A stretch of 64,000 nucleotides of DNA, taken from NCBI GenBank assembly GCA_002346225.1, contig DDYY01000068.1:9017-73016 (forward strand), in the 5' to 3' direction. The notes under the pieces are model-generated. The model was not told where the DNA came from. It did no database searches and saw nothing but the letters and a program-made list of their open reading frames with translations. This document shows positions 1-10,867 of this stretch, in pieces. A program made the position numbers and the translations under genes. The stretch is from Bacteroidetes bacterium UBA3022. GTDB taxonomy: Bacteria > Bacteroidota > Bacteroidia > Chitinophagales > BACL12. Positions within the stretch are counted from its first letter, which is position 1, and each line of letters starts with the position of its first letter.

Positions 1-1822
1 GGTAATAGTGCCATGAGTCAGGATATTTTCCACCTACCCTGTGCAGATCCGGCCCGGTTCTTTTAGACCCCCACTGGAATGGATGGTCATACACAAACTC
101 CCCGGCTTTAGAGTATTCACCCTGATAGCGCACCGTTTCATTGCGGAATGGCCTCACCATCTGAGAGTGACAAGTGTAGCAACCTTCGCGCAAATAGATG
201 TCTCTTCCCTGCAATTCCAGTGGTGTGTAAGGTTGGACACTGGCAATGGTAGGAACATTGGATTCTATAAGGAAAGTAGGCACCAGCTCTACTACGCCAC
301 CGATGATAACTGCTATCAAGGCCAGCACGCTGAACTGAACAGGACGGCGTTCCAGTGCGCGGTGCCAGAATTCATTCTTAGGCACTTTTACCACTTTTTC
401 AAGTGGAGCTGCTTCTGCCGCTTCATCACCAATGAAACTTCCGGTCTTAGCTGTTTTGATCAGGTTATAGGTCATTATGAATACCCCGATCAGATACAAC
501 AATCCACCAAAGGCGCGCAAGGCATAGAATGGTAATACATAGGTAGATGTTTCTACAAAGTTGGGATACTGCAGCATGCCGTCTTCATTGAACTGCTTCC
601 ACATGGTTCCTTCCATCCAGCCTGCCCAGTACATGGGAACAGCATAGAAAATGATACCAAGCGTACCTATCCAGAAGTGGGCATTCGCCAGCGATTTGCT
701 GTAGAGATTGGTCTTCCACATTTTAGGTACCAGGAAATAGAGAATACCAAACGTGAGGAATCCATTCCATCCTAATGCACCCACGTGCACGTGTGCAACA
801 ATCCAGTCGGTAAAATGCGCCCATGCGTTAATACCTCTTAAGGAGAGCATAGGGCCTTCAAAGGTTGACATACCATAGGCAGAAATTGCAACCACCATAA
901 ATTTGAGGACTACATCATCGCGCACTTTATCCCAGGCACCGCGGAGGGTAAGTAAGCCGTTGACCATACCACCCCAGGAAGGAGCTATAAGCATAAAGCT
1001 GAAAACCACACCCAGTGTTTGCGCCCAGTCGGGTAAAGAAGTATAAATAAGGTGATGCGGGCCTGCCCATATATACAGGAATATGAGTGCCCAGAAGTGA
1101 ACGATAGATAGCTGATAGGAATATACGGGTCTGTTGGCCGCCTTAGGCAGGAAATAATACATCAAACCCAGATACGGTGTTGTAAGGAAAAATGCCACCG
1201 CATTATGTCCGTACCACCACTGCACCAAAGCATCCTGCACACCTGCATAAACAGGATAACTTTTAAGGAAGCTGACAGGCAATGCGATGGAGTTAACAAT
1301 ATGCAACATGGCCACCGTAAGAAATGTGGCTATATAAAACCAGATAGCTACGTAGATATGGCGCTCCCTTCTTTTGATGATGGTTCCGAACATATTGATA
1401 CCGAACACTACCCATACCAGGGCAATTCCAATATCGATGGACCATTCCAGCTCAGCGTATTCTTTTCCGGTGGTAAAACCCAGCGGTAAGGTGAGCGCTG
1501 CAGATAGAATAATAAGCTGCCATCCCCAAAAATGCACCAGGCTTAACGACCTGCTGAACATGGGTGCTTTACACAAGCGCTGCAGGGAATAATACACCCC
1601 CATGAAAATGGCATTCCCTACAAAGGCAAAAATCACCGCATTAGTATGCAGTGGCCGCATTCTTCCGTAGGTAGTGTACTCAATGCCAAAGTTGAGGGCA
1701 GGGAACCGCAATTGCAGGGCCACCCATAAACCTACTGTCATACCTACTATTCCCCACACAACTGTGGCGATGAGGAATTGTCGGACAATCCGGTTGTCGT
1801 AACTGAACTTTTCAAGCTCCAT
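1..1822 (-). CDS. ccoNO: cbb3-type cytochrome c oxidase, fused subunits I+II (CcoN-CcoO); 3' end lies beyond position 1
   Basis: Absent from the ORF track because it runs off the window. Minus-strand ATG at 1822..1820 gives MELEKFSYDNRIVRQFLIATVVWGIVGMTVGLWVALQLRFPALNFGIEYTTYGRMRPLHTNAVIFAFVGNA. The same frame reads NAWAHFTDWIVAHVHV at 829..782 (CcoN His-ligand region) and GSKRTGPDLHRVGGKYPDSWHYY at 70..2 (CcoO signature). The start overlaps the ccoS stop (ATGGAGCTTGA). Confidence 0.9.
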   Translation of the reverse strand, partial: MELEKFSYDNRIVRQFLIATVVWGIVGMTVGLWVALQLRFPALNFGIEYTTYGRMRPLHTNAVIFAFVGNAIFMGVYYSLQRLCKAPMFSRSLSLVHFWGWQLIILSAALTLPLGFTTGKEYAELEWSIDIGIALVWVVFGINMFGTIIKRRERHIYVAIWFYIATFLTVAMLHIVNSIALPVSFLKSYPVYAGVQDALVQWWYGHNAVAFFLTTPYLGLMYYFLPKAANRPVYSYQLSIVHFWALIFLYIWAGPHHLIYTSLPDWAQTLGVVFSFMLIAPSWGGMVNGLLTLRGAWDKVRDDVVLKFMVVAISAYGMSTFEGPMLSLRGINAWAHFTDWIVAHVHVGALGWNGFLTFGILYFLVPKMWKTNLYSKSLANAHFWIGTLGIIFYAVPMYWAGWMEGTMWKQFNEDGMLQYPNFVETSTYVLPFYALRAFGGLLYLIGVFIMTYNLIKTAKTGSFIGDEAAEAAPLEKVVKVPKNEFWHRALERRPVQFSVLALIAVIIGGVVELVPTFLIESNVPTIASVQPYTPLELQGRDIYLREGCYTCHSQMVRPFRNETVRYQGEYSKAGEFVYDHPFQWGSKRTGPDLHRVGGKYPDSWHYY

Positions 1823-2003
1823 GATCTGTGTTTTGTTTTAAGGTTTTCTTTGTTTTTCCTTCGGGTAATTCGTCGAATAGCATTCGCACAGAAGGTGTAT
1901 AGTCATCTTCAAATTGACCGGTTTTGGCCGACCTGATAAATATGATCAGGAAGACCAGAGCCAAAAAAATGCTGCATCCAATCAGTAGGTAAATGACACT
2001 CAT
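1812..2003 (-). CDS. ccoS: cbb3 oxidase maturation protein CcoS/FixS
   Basis: 63 aa with a single N-terminal TM helix followed by TGQFEDDYTPSVRMLFDE (CcoS-type GQ[FY][DE]D...R.L.D motif). Located between ccoI and ccoNO. Confidence 0.85.
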   Translation of the reverse strand: MSVIYLLIGCSIFLALVFLIIFIRSAKTGQFEDDYTPSVRMLFDELPEGKTKKTLKQNTDHGA

Positions 2004-2042
2004 AATCGGACACTAAATTCCAAAAGGCATTACCTGCTGCAA

Positions 2043-2056
2043 TTGATGCACCTCAA
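2043..2056. promoter_or_regulatory. FNR/FixK-type box TTGATgcacCTCAA (9/10 to TTGAT-N4-ATCAA)
   Basis: Palindromic site in the 125-bp ccoI-ccoS gap, centred 46 nt upstream of the ccoS ATG. An FNR-type regulator is encoded at 10868..11575. Confidence 0.45.
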
Positions 2057-2128
2057 AATGAATGGTGACTTTTGTCAATCTTTTTAGGAAAGAAAGAAAA
2101 TGTTGAAAGTTTGCTTGAACAAAAACAT

Positions 2129-4504
2129 CTATTTCAGCAACCGTCTGGCGTACAGCGATGTGAAGCCTGTGGTAAAAAGGACTATGGTGATGGTGCTCAG
2201 CGGCATCAAGATGGCTGCAATTACCGGTTGCAATAATCCCTGTAAAGCAAAAAACAAACCGGCAATATTGTAAATGATAGACAACACAAAACTCCAGATC
2301 ACAATTTTCTTGCTGTATGCAGCATACTGCAGGAGTACATCCGTTTTACCGATTTGTCGGGCATCCAGCACTATATCGCTCGCAGGGGTGAATGCACTGA
2401 TGTCTGCCGTTACGGCTACACCTACATTGCTTTGCAGTAATGCCCCTGCATCATTCAAGCCATCGCCGAGCATCATGACCTCCTGCCCATTGTTCTGTAA
2501 TGCTTTAATGTACTGCCGCTTGCCTTCCGGCGTGCAGTAATACTTTTGGTACTGTTGATCGAAGAATGCGGAAAGGCGGGTCCTGTCTTTATCGGTATCT
2601 CCGGATAAGAGGTGGATGGGGAACTGCTGTTTCAAACGCTCAAATAGTCCGGACATACCATCGAATAAAACAGCTTCAAAACTGCATATACCCAATCGCT
2701 CATCATCTATTATAATAACACTTCCCGCTTCCTCATTCTGATCGCTCTTGCCGATAAACAACGTATGTCCGGCCACGACTCCATGAATACCTTTGCCGGG
2801 TACCTCGCTGTATTCATGTACCTTCAGCTTGTTTCCGGTATAGCACCACCTGGCAATAGCCCGGCTGTAAGGGTGCGCCGATTCATTGGCCAGCGCATAG
2901 ATCAACGACTTTTGCTCTTCTGTCAATGATAATCCTGACCAGTTGATTTTGGCTTCTTTGCTTTGTGCAATTGTGCCTGTCTTATCGAAAACGATGGCAT
3001 TAATGCGCGTCAGTTTCTCCAGCACCTCGGCATTCTTCAGATAGATACCAATTTGTCCCAAACGGGCAATGGCATTACCGTTGGTGAACGTTGCAGACAA
3101 CAGCAGCGCGCAGGGACAGGCAATAATCATAGGGGTAATGAGGGCATCCAGCGCACGGGAAGGCTCAACTACCAGCCAGAAGATAAATGCTATAAATGAT
3201 AATATAAATACAATATAGGCAAAATACTTACTGAGCACCTGCACAAATCCACTATCATTGGATTCCTCCGCTTCGCTATCCGATTTGTTCCAAAGTTGGG
3301 TAAGATAACTCTGGGATACCTCTTTGATAACCTTGAGTTGTATACTGCTTCCCTTTTGCCTACCACCGGCATACAACAGCTCACCTATTGTGCGGTCTAC
3401 AGGAACAGCTTCTCCTGTTACGAAGCTATAATCCATATGCGCGTGTCCCATAACGAGTATGGAGTCTGCCGGCACCAGTTCATTGTTTCGAACAATGTAC
3501 ACATCGCCTGTCTTCAACTCCGATACCGGAATTTGTTCTTCTTTCCCATCCTTTATAACTGCTGCTGCCAAAGGGAAATAAGATGTATAGTCGCGGTGAA
3601 AGGTGACCATCTTATAAGTCCTGTCCTGAAAGTACCTGCCCAACAGCATAAAGAATACAATCCCTGACATCGAGTCGAAGTATCCGCCCTGCCCTTCCAC
3701 GAATACCATATATAAACTTCTAACAAATGTGATGATAATAGCCGCGGCGATAGGAGCATCGATATTGAGGTATTTATTTCGAAGGCTCTTCCATGAAGAA
3801 ATATAAAACTCGTTGGCAGAATAGAAGAACACCGGTATTGCCAGCAGTAAAGACATATATTGAAAAAGCAACTGCAACTGAGGATCTTCGAGCGTACCCT
3901 TTGCCAGGTATTCGGGTGCACTGAAAAGCATGATATTACCAAAGCAGAAGCCTGCCACTGCCAGTCTGATTAACCTGCCCTTTTGTGTTTTTTCAGGCGT
4001 CTTTTTCTTCTCGTCCTGCAGGCTTAAATAAGGTTCATAACCCACTGAATCCAGCAAGGCCGCTACCTGCGGAAGTGTGATACCCTGTTTATCGGCAATG
4101 ATAAATATTTCCTTTCTCCTAAAATCAACCCGCGCATGTATGATGTTATCGTTTAAGGTATGCAGATTTTCCAGCAACCATATACAGGAACTACAATGAA
4201 TATGCGGCAAATAAAACGTGATATGAAATTGCCGTTCGTCTTCGAAGGTTACAAACCTGGATCTTATGTCAGGCCTTTCGAGTACCTGAAAACGCGCATC
4301 GGAAATGGTTTCTTTTCTGTTTTTTCCGGGGGCAGCCGCTAAGTCGTAGTAGGTACAGAGATTGTTTTCATTTAATATTTCATAGACCGTTTTGCATCCA
4401 AAACAGCAAAAGGGTTTTTCTTCTACATAGAAAACCTCTTCATCGCACTGCTCTCCACAATGGAAACAGTTTAAGCGGGTGGTACTTTCCTTAAGCGTTG
4501 CCAT
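2129..4504 (-). CDS. ccoI: heavy-metal (Cu) translocating P1B-type ATPase, CcoI/FixI type
   Basis: 791 aa. N-terminal Cys clusters (CFHCGEQC, FCCFGC), CPC transduction motif (IIACPCALLLS), DKTGT phosphorylation site and GDGLNDAGAL hinge. Adjacent to ccoS/ccoNO. Confidence 0.9.
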   Translation of the reverse strand: MATLKESTTRLNCFHCGEQCDEEVFYVEEKPFCCFGCKTVYEILNENNLCTYYDLAAAPGKNRKETISDARFQVLERPDIRSRFVTFEDERQFHITFYLPHIHCSSCIWLLENLHTLNDNIIHARVDFRRKEIFIIADKQGITLPQVAALLDSVGYEPYLSLQDEKKKTPEKTQKGRLIRLAVAGFCFGNIMLFSAPEYLAKGTLEDPQLQLLFQYMSLLLAIPVFFYSANEFYISSWKSLRNKYLNIDAPIAAAIIITFVRSLYMVFVEGQGGYFDSMSGIVFFMLLGRYFQDRTYKMVTFHRDYTSYFPLAAAVIKDGKEEQIPVSELKTGDVYIVRNNELVPADSILVMGHAHMDYSFVTGEAVPVDRTIGELLYAGGRQKGSSIQLKVIKEVSQSYLTQLWNKSDSEAEESNDSGFVQVLSKYFAYIVFILSFIAFIFWLVVEPSRALDALITPMIIACPCALLLSATFTNGNAIARLGQIGIYLKNAEVLEKLTRINAIVFDKTGTIAQSKEAKINWSGLSLTEEQKSLIYALANESAHPYSRAIARWCYTGNKLKVHEYSEVPGKGIHGVVAGHTLFIGKSDQNEEAGSVIIIDDERLGICSFEAVLFDGMSGLFERLKQQFPIHLLSGDTDKDRTRLSAFFDQQYQKYYCTPEGKRQYIKALQNNGQEVMMLGDGLNDAGALLQSNVGVAVTADISAFTPASDIVLDARQIGKTDVLLQYAAYSKKIVIWSFVLSIIYNIAGLFFALQGLLQPVIAAILMPLSTITIVLFTTGFTSLYARRLLK

Positions 4505-4544
4505 AAATACGGCTGCAAGGTAAACAGGTCAGCATGGGCTGCGA

Positions 4545-4558
4545 ATGACCAAAATCAC
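4545..4558. promoter_or_regulatory. weak FNR-like box aTGACcaaaATCAc
   Basis: 7/10 to consensus, but the TGA-N6-TCA core is intact. Centred 47 nt upstream of the ccoI ATG, the same spacing as the ccoS box. Confidence 0.25.
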
Positions 4559-4623
4559 CATTTTAGTCTATTTATGTCTCAGAGTTGACAACTATGGCAT
4601 AGATTTGTCGTTACATTACCGAT

Positions 4624-5229
4624 ATGAAAAAGGCTTTATATCTGCTCATTTTTATGACCGCACTGAGCTATCAGGCACAAGCGCAGGTGACAGAAATCGA
4701 TCCCACAGAAGATAATATCCCCGGAAAGTCTGAAAAACAAGACCGCGAAAAGCGCTCTTCTGGCGATTCGAAATGGGTTTTTGGCGGAGGACTGGGTGCC
4801 AGCTTCGGACAATTTACGAATGCCATGCTTGCACCTATGGTGGGTTACAGGGTTACGCCTAAATTCACCCCCGGTATTGGTTTCAATTACCAGTACGTGC
4901 GCCTGAAAGAACCTCCCGGTTTCAATTTCTTTCTGGACTACACCCTGAATACTATCGGTCCCAGTGCGTTCATGCAGTACGACTTATTCTATGGCGTTTT
5001 CCTGCACAGTGAGTTTGCTACACAGTGGTATAATCTGGAATACACAGAATCACCTTTCTTTACTGCCAGTGGCAATGAACAGGCCCTCTTTTTAGGAGGA
5101 GGTTACCGGTTCGGAGGCAGCGGCGGTGGCGGCGGCTTACAAATCATCGCCTTGTATAACGTATTATACAAAGATTCGAATTTCGTCTACTGGAGACCCT
5201 GGAATATTCGCTTTGCGCTGATGTTCTAA
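4624..5229 (+). CDS. hypothetical secreted, Gly/aromatic-rich protein (outer-membrane beta-barrel-like)
   Basis: 201 aa. Signal peptide MKKALYLLIFMTALSYQAQAQ, alternating aromatic/Gly beta-strand-like pattern, GGSGGGGG tract and C-terminal aromatic residue (..ALMF). Confidence 0.5.
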   Translation: MKKALYLLIFMTALSYQAQAQVTEIDPTEDNIPGKSEKQDREKRSSGDSKWVFGGGLGASFGQFTNAMLAPMVGYRVTPKFTPGIGFNYQYVRLKEPPGFNFFLDYTLNTIGPSAFMQYDLFYGVFLHSEFATQWYNLEYTESPFFTASGNEQALFLGGGYRFGGSGGGGGLQIIALYNVLYKDSNFVYWRPWNIRFALMF

Positions 5230-5243
5230 CCAAACGCAACGCG

Positions 5244-7250
<2,007 letters not shown>

Positions 7251-7313
7251 TTACCCACAAATAAATGCCCTGTAAACGTTTGAAAATAAATAACTTACGC
7301 CAAATAAAGTAAA

Positions 7314-8984
7314 CTATTTCACAGCGCTGGTCTGAATATAATAATTAGGGTCAGCGAATAGGGTTTTGGGTGCTTTTTTCCCATACTCCAAAGAGGTCAC
7401 CTGCCAGTTTTGTGTAGGTTGCAATAAAAGCTCTTTATCATCTATTTTAACCCTCACCGGCATAGCAAATCCATTTACAATATTGGCCCAGCGATAATGC
7501 AATTCCATTCCGCCTTTTACCGCTACCCAACGGTATTCCAGCAATGGAATGCTGGTGGTACGCAAATACTGGGTGAACACCTTACTGAAATCATATCCGG
7601 ACTTGGATGAGATATATTGTTCAACGTCGTTGCTGGTCACTGTTTGATGGTAGAAATCTGCATTCAATCCTCTTAGTATTTCCCTGAAGAGACTGTCGTT
7701 GTCTATAACTGTTCGGATGGTATGCAACAAGTTAGCACCCTTGCTGTACATATCACCCGAGCCTTCGCTGTTCACATTATAGGTTCCGATGATGGGTGTG
7801 TCATTCATGATATTTCTGCGAATGCCCTGAACATACCTGTCGCCATTCTCCTTCGATTTCCAGTATTCGACAAAAAGCGTTTCGCTGTAATCGGTAAATC
7901 CTTCATGCACCCACATATCGGCTATATCCCTGGTGGTGATATTGTTTCCAAACCATTCATGTCCGGACTCATGTACAATGATATAATCCCAGTCTTTTCC
8001 CTCCCCTGTTCCGGAGAGATCCCTGCCCAGATAGCCATTCATAAAGTGGTTGCCATAGGCGATGGCACTTTGGTGCTCCATTCCCAGGTGCGGTGCTTCT
8101 ACCATCTTATAGCTATCTGCGTAAAATGGATACGGACCAAACCAATATTCAAAAGCTTCCAGGGTGCGCATGACATCAGGTAGCACATGTGAACGGGCCT
8201 GGTCGAGGTGCTGCTTCAGGAACCAAAGCGAAACATCGAGGGTTCCATTCTCTCCCTTATAGGTCGTATCCAGTTTAGCGTACTTTCCGATATAGGGAAT
8301 AAAATTGTAGTTATTGATGGGGCTCACTACTTTCCACGACCATATCGTATCACCATTAGCCATGGCTTGCTTACCGGTCAGTCGGCCATTGGCAACCCCT
8401 GCAAGGCCCGCAGGCACCCGGATATGCATGGTGGCGCTGTCGGCTTCATCGTACTGATGGTCTTTATTGGGGTACCACACACTGGCACCCAGACCCTGAC
8501 ATGCCACGCTGATCCATTGCTGGTTGGCATCATCTGTATCCCATATGGCACCTCCATCCCAGGGCGGTAGTTTAGCCACCCGCGGTTTGCCTTGATAATA
8601 CACGGTCAGTTTTGCAATATCTCCGGGCTGTTGTCCTTCCGGCATTTCTATGTACAGCACATTTCCTACTCGGGAAACCGGTAACAACTTACCATCGGCT
8701 TTTACACTGTCTGCCAGGAGCGGCTCCATCAGGTCTATCTGCATAATGGAGTAAGGTTGCAGCACTTTGTAGGTGATAGTGTTGCTTCCCCTTAGTGATT
8801 TCGAACCAAAGTCGAATGCTACCGACAAGTCATAGTGCAGCGCATCCCACCAAATACGTTCAGCGGTAATACTGCCTTGCAGGGTATCGGCCTTTGTAAA
8901 CGCTTCCTGCCTGTCGAAAAGTTGTGCCTGAGCTGTAACTGCAGTTAAGCACGCCATAAAAAATATATATCGCATTGCCACCAT
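7314..8984 (-). CDS. secreted M1-family zinc metallopeptidase
   Basis: HESGH-X18-E gluzincin motif (HESGHEWFGNNITTRDIADMWVHEGFT) and a GMEH variant of GxMEN. Signal peptide present. A start at the second ATG (8975, MRYIFFMACLTAVTAQAQ) is equally possible. Confidence 0.85.
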   Translation of the reverse strand: MVAMRYIFFMACLTAVTAQAQLFDRQEAFTKADTLQGSITAERIWWDALHYDLSVAFDFGSKSLRGSNTITYKVLQPYSIMQIDLMEPLLADSVKADGKLLPVSRVGNVLYIEMPEGQQPGDIAKLTVYYQGKPRVAKLPPWDGGAIWDTDDANQQWISVACQGLGASVWYPNKDHQYDEADSATMHIRVPAGLAGVANGRLTGKQAMANGDTIWSWKVVSPINNYNFIPYIGKYAKLDTTYKGENGTLDVSLWFLKQHLDQARSHVLPDVMRTLEAFEYWFGPYPFYADSYKMVEAPHLGMEHQSAIAYGNHFMNGYLGRDLSGTGEGKDWDYIIVHESGHEWFGNNITTRDIADMWVHEGFTDYSETLFVEYWKSKENGDRYVQGIRRNIMNDTPIIGTYNVNSEGSGDMYSKGANLLHTIRTVIDNDSLFREILRGLNADFYHQTVTSNDVEQYISSKSGYDFSKVFTQYLRTTSIPLLEYRWVAVKGGMELHYRWANIVNGFAMPVRVKIDDKELLLQPTQNWQVTSLEYGKKAPKTLFADPNYYIQTSAVK

Positions 8985-9196
8985 TTACTTGCGAAAATAA
9001 GGCCAATTTGTGGCTGTGCACCATTTGTTCACAGACATTAACGCCGGACTTCCCGGGAGTCTGCAGCGACACACAAGTCAACTGGTCCCGGGCATGTGGT
9101 TGCAGCGTTTGCACATTGCAGGGTATTGTTGTTAATCAACGATTGGCATGTTTGTAATTATTGGCAGAATTATTGCTTGATAAATGCGTTAAACAA

Positions 9197-9204
9197 TAGT
9201 TTTG
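9197..9204 (+). promoter_or_regulatory. Bacteroidota -7 promoter box TAGTTTTG (TAnnTTTG)
   Basis: Exact match to TAnnTTTG, ending 18 nt before the ATG at 9223. Confidence 0.4.
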
Positions 9205-9222
9205 TAACATAAAATATCAGCT

Positions 9223-9789
9223 ATGCGTCTATCTCTCGTCTTGTTCCTCAGTACTATTTCCTTCTATAGTTTTGGCCAGCTTTCCAATATGGACTTTACG
9301 TCTTACGGGTTACCTGACTTCCCTATTGATGAAGAAACCCAGTTGGTGAGTTACAGCGATGTGGTGAATGTGGATGGTGTAGCTGCTGCTGATTTGTACC
9401 AACTCGGTCTGGACTGGATCAATAAATACTACAAGAACTCCTCTTCCGTGATGCAGGTAAAGGACAATCAGAAATTCCTGCTGGAAGGAAAACACAGCTT
9501 CTATGTCATGAAAGACATTAAAGGCAGTCAGGTGAAGGGCGAGTTAATCAAGTACCAGTTCAACCTGATGTTCAGAGATGGCAGGTACAAATACGTCATT
9601 ACGAAAATCAATGTACAGAAAACTGCCTACTATGGCATAGAGAACTGGCTGACCGACGAGACCTTATCTACAGAATTCGATATTCAGTCTTATCTGGAGC
9701 AGATTCATATTTTCTTTACTGAAACCTATATCCCATCTATGCTGGAAGGCATCGTGCCCGCCGAAAAGAAGGTGGAAGAGCAATGGTAG
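9223..9789 (+). CDS. secreted DUF4468-like protein
   Basis: 188 aa with a signal peptide. The stretch VSYSDVVNVDGVAAADLYQLGLDWINKYY resembles the DUF4468 N-terminal signature, recalled from memory and not searched. Confidence 0.55.
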   Translation: MRLSLVLFLSTISFYSFGQLSNMDFTSYGLPDFPIDEETQLVSYSDVVNVDGVAAADLYQLGLDWINKYYKNSSSVMQVKDNQKFLLEGKHSFYVMKDIKGSQVKGELIKYQFNLMFRDGRYKYVITKINVQKTAYYGIENWLTDETLSTEFDIQSYLEQIHIFFTETYIPSMLEGIVPAEKKVEEQW

Positions 9790-9802
9790 ACCCGGTTTTC
9801 AG

Positions 9803-9816
9803 TTGACTTTTATCAC
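9803..9816. promoter_or_regulatory. FNR-type box TTGACttttATCAC (8/10)
   Basis: Upstream of the usp gene, 22 bp centre-to-centre from the second box. Confidence 0.35.
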
Positions 9817-9824
9817 CATCTGCT

Positions 9825-9838
9825 TTGATAGCTATCAT
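9825..9838. promoter_or_regulatory. FNR-type box TTGATagctATCAT (9/10)
   Basis: Centred 55 nt upstream of the ATG at 9887. Confidence 0.5.
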
Positions 9839-9886
9839 GGACTAGCTTCCATAGTCTTTTGATTTTTGACAGGTAATAACATCATT

Positions 9887-10828
9887 ATGTCTGTACCTGT
9901 AAAAAATAAAAGAGTTGCCAAAGATGCGCCGAACTTGTTGAACACAAGAAAAGGCAGCACTAAAGCAAAGGCTAAAACGCCACGGCAAAAGCATGAGGTA
10001 CAAATCAGTACTATTTTCTTTCCCAGTGATTTTTCTCCCCACAGCAAGCAATTACTGCATTTTGTTGCTGCACTTTGTGAGAAACTTCAGGCCAGGTTAG
10101 TACTGTTTCATGCTTATAAGGTCGCAATTGTGGATGAGTATATGCCGGCTACGATGGTAGACACGATGATGGCAGAGGGAGAAGCTGCCGCACTTAAAAA
10201 ACTCAGGGCGTTGCTGCCTAAGGATGCTTACCCCGATCTGGATGTCAGTTATAGCGTAAAAATGGGATTCACAGCTGAATGCATATCGGATGCGGCTCTG
10301 GAGGCCGGTGCTGATTTGATAGTGATGGGGACCAACGGTTGCGATAGTCTTGAAGACCGGGTTTTTGGCACCGTGAGCTGGAATACCATCAAGCATACCA
10401 GTATACCGGTGCTTACTTTGCCCGAAGGAATTAAGGATGTGCCCTTTCAAAAAATCATTTTCCCCTTCGAATGCACCGCAAAAGACCTGGACATCATTCA
10501 GTTCTGTATCAAACTGGCTGAAATTTTCCATAGTACCATTTACCTGATCCACTTCCTGCTGGAAGGAGCGGTCATCAATAAAACCATTCTTGACAAAATC
10601 AATACCCGTTTCCATAAAGAAATCAGTGAGGAACGGCTTCAGATTCATATTCTTGCCGATAAAAACATAACTGGAGGAATTTCAAAATTTGCAGAGCGCG
10701 TAAGTGCCGATACTGTAGTAATGGTCACCCACAACCGAGGCCTTATGGCGACCCTTTTTCATATGAGTACCACCCGAAAAATGGTGCTTTATAACAATAC
10801 CCCATTATTGGCATTTAAGGCAGAATAG
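9887..10828 (+). CDS. tandem-domain universal stress protein (UspA family) with a basic N-terminal extension
   Basis: The track ORF starts at a TTG (9866); the first ATG is 9887 (MSVPVKNKR..). Two USP-like halves are present (..IFFPSDFSPHS.., ..ADLIVMGTNG.., ..IIFPFECTAKD.., ..ADTVVMVTHNRG..). Confidence 0.8.
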   Translation: MSVPVKNKRVAKDAPNLLNTRKGSTKAKAKTPRQKHEVQISTIFFPSDFSPHSKQLLHFVAALCEKLQARLVLFHAYKVAIVDEYMPATMVDTMMAEGEAAALKKLRALLPKDAYPDLDVSYSVKMGFTAECISDAALEAGADLIVMGTNGCDSLEDRVFGTVSWNTIKHTSIPVLTLPEGIKDVPFQKIIFPFECTAKDLDIIQFCIKLAEIFHSTIYLIHFLLEGAVINKTILDKINTRFHKEISEERLQIHILADKNITGGISKFAERVSADTVVMVTHNRGLMATLFHMSTTRKMVLYNNTPLLAFKAE

Positions 10829-10867
10829 TTATAGATTTGTGTACTTAGGCTACTCAAAAACTATTCT

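Noticed and set aside
41-1592. Plus-strand track ORFs (41..535, 1205..1489, 1374..1592)
   Set aside because: They lie antisense to the ccoNO reading frame, which carries unmistakable oxidase motifs. Their translations are low-complexity and not protein-like.
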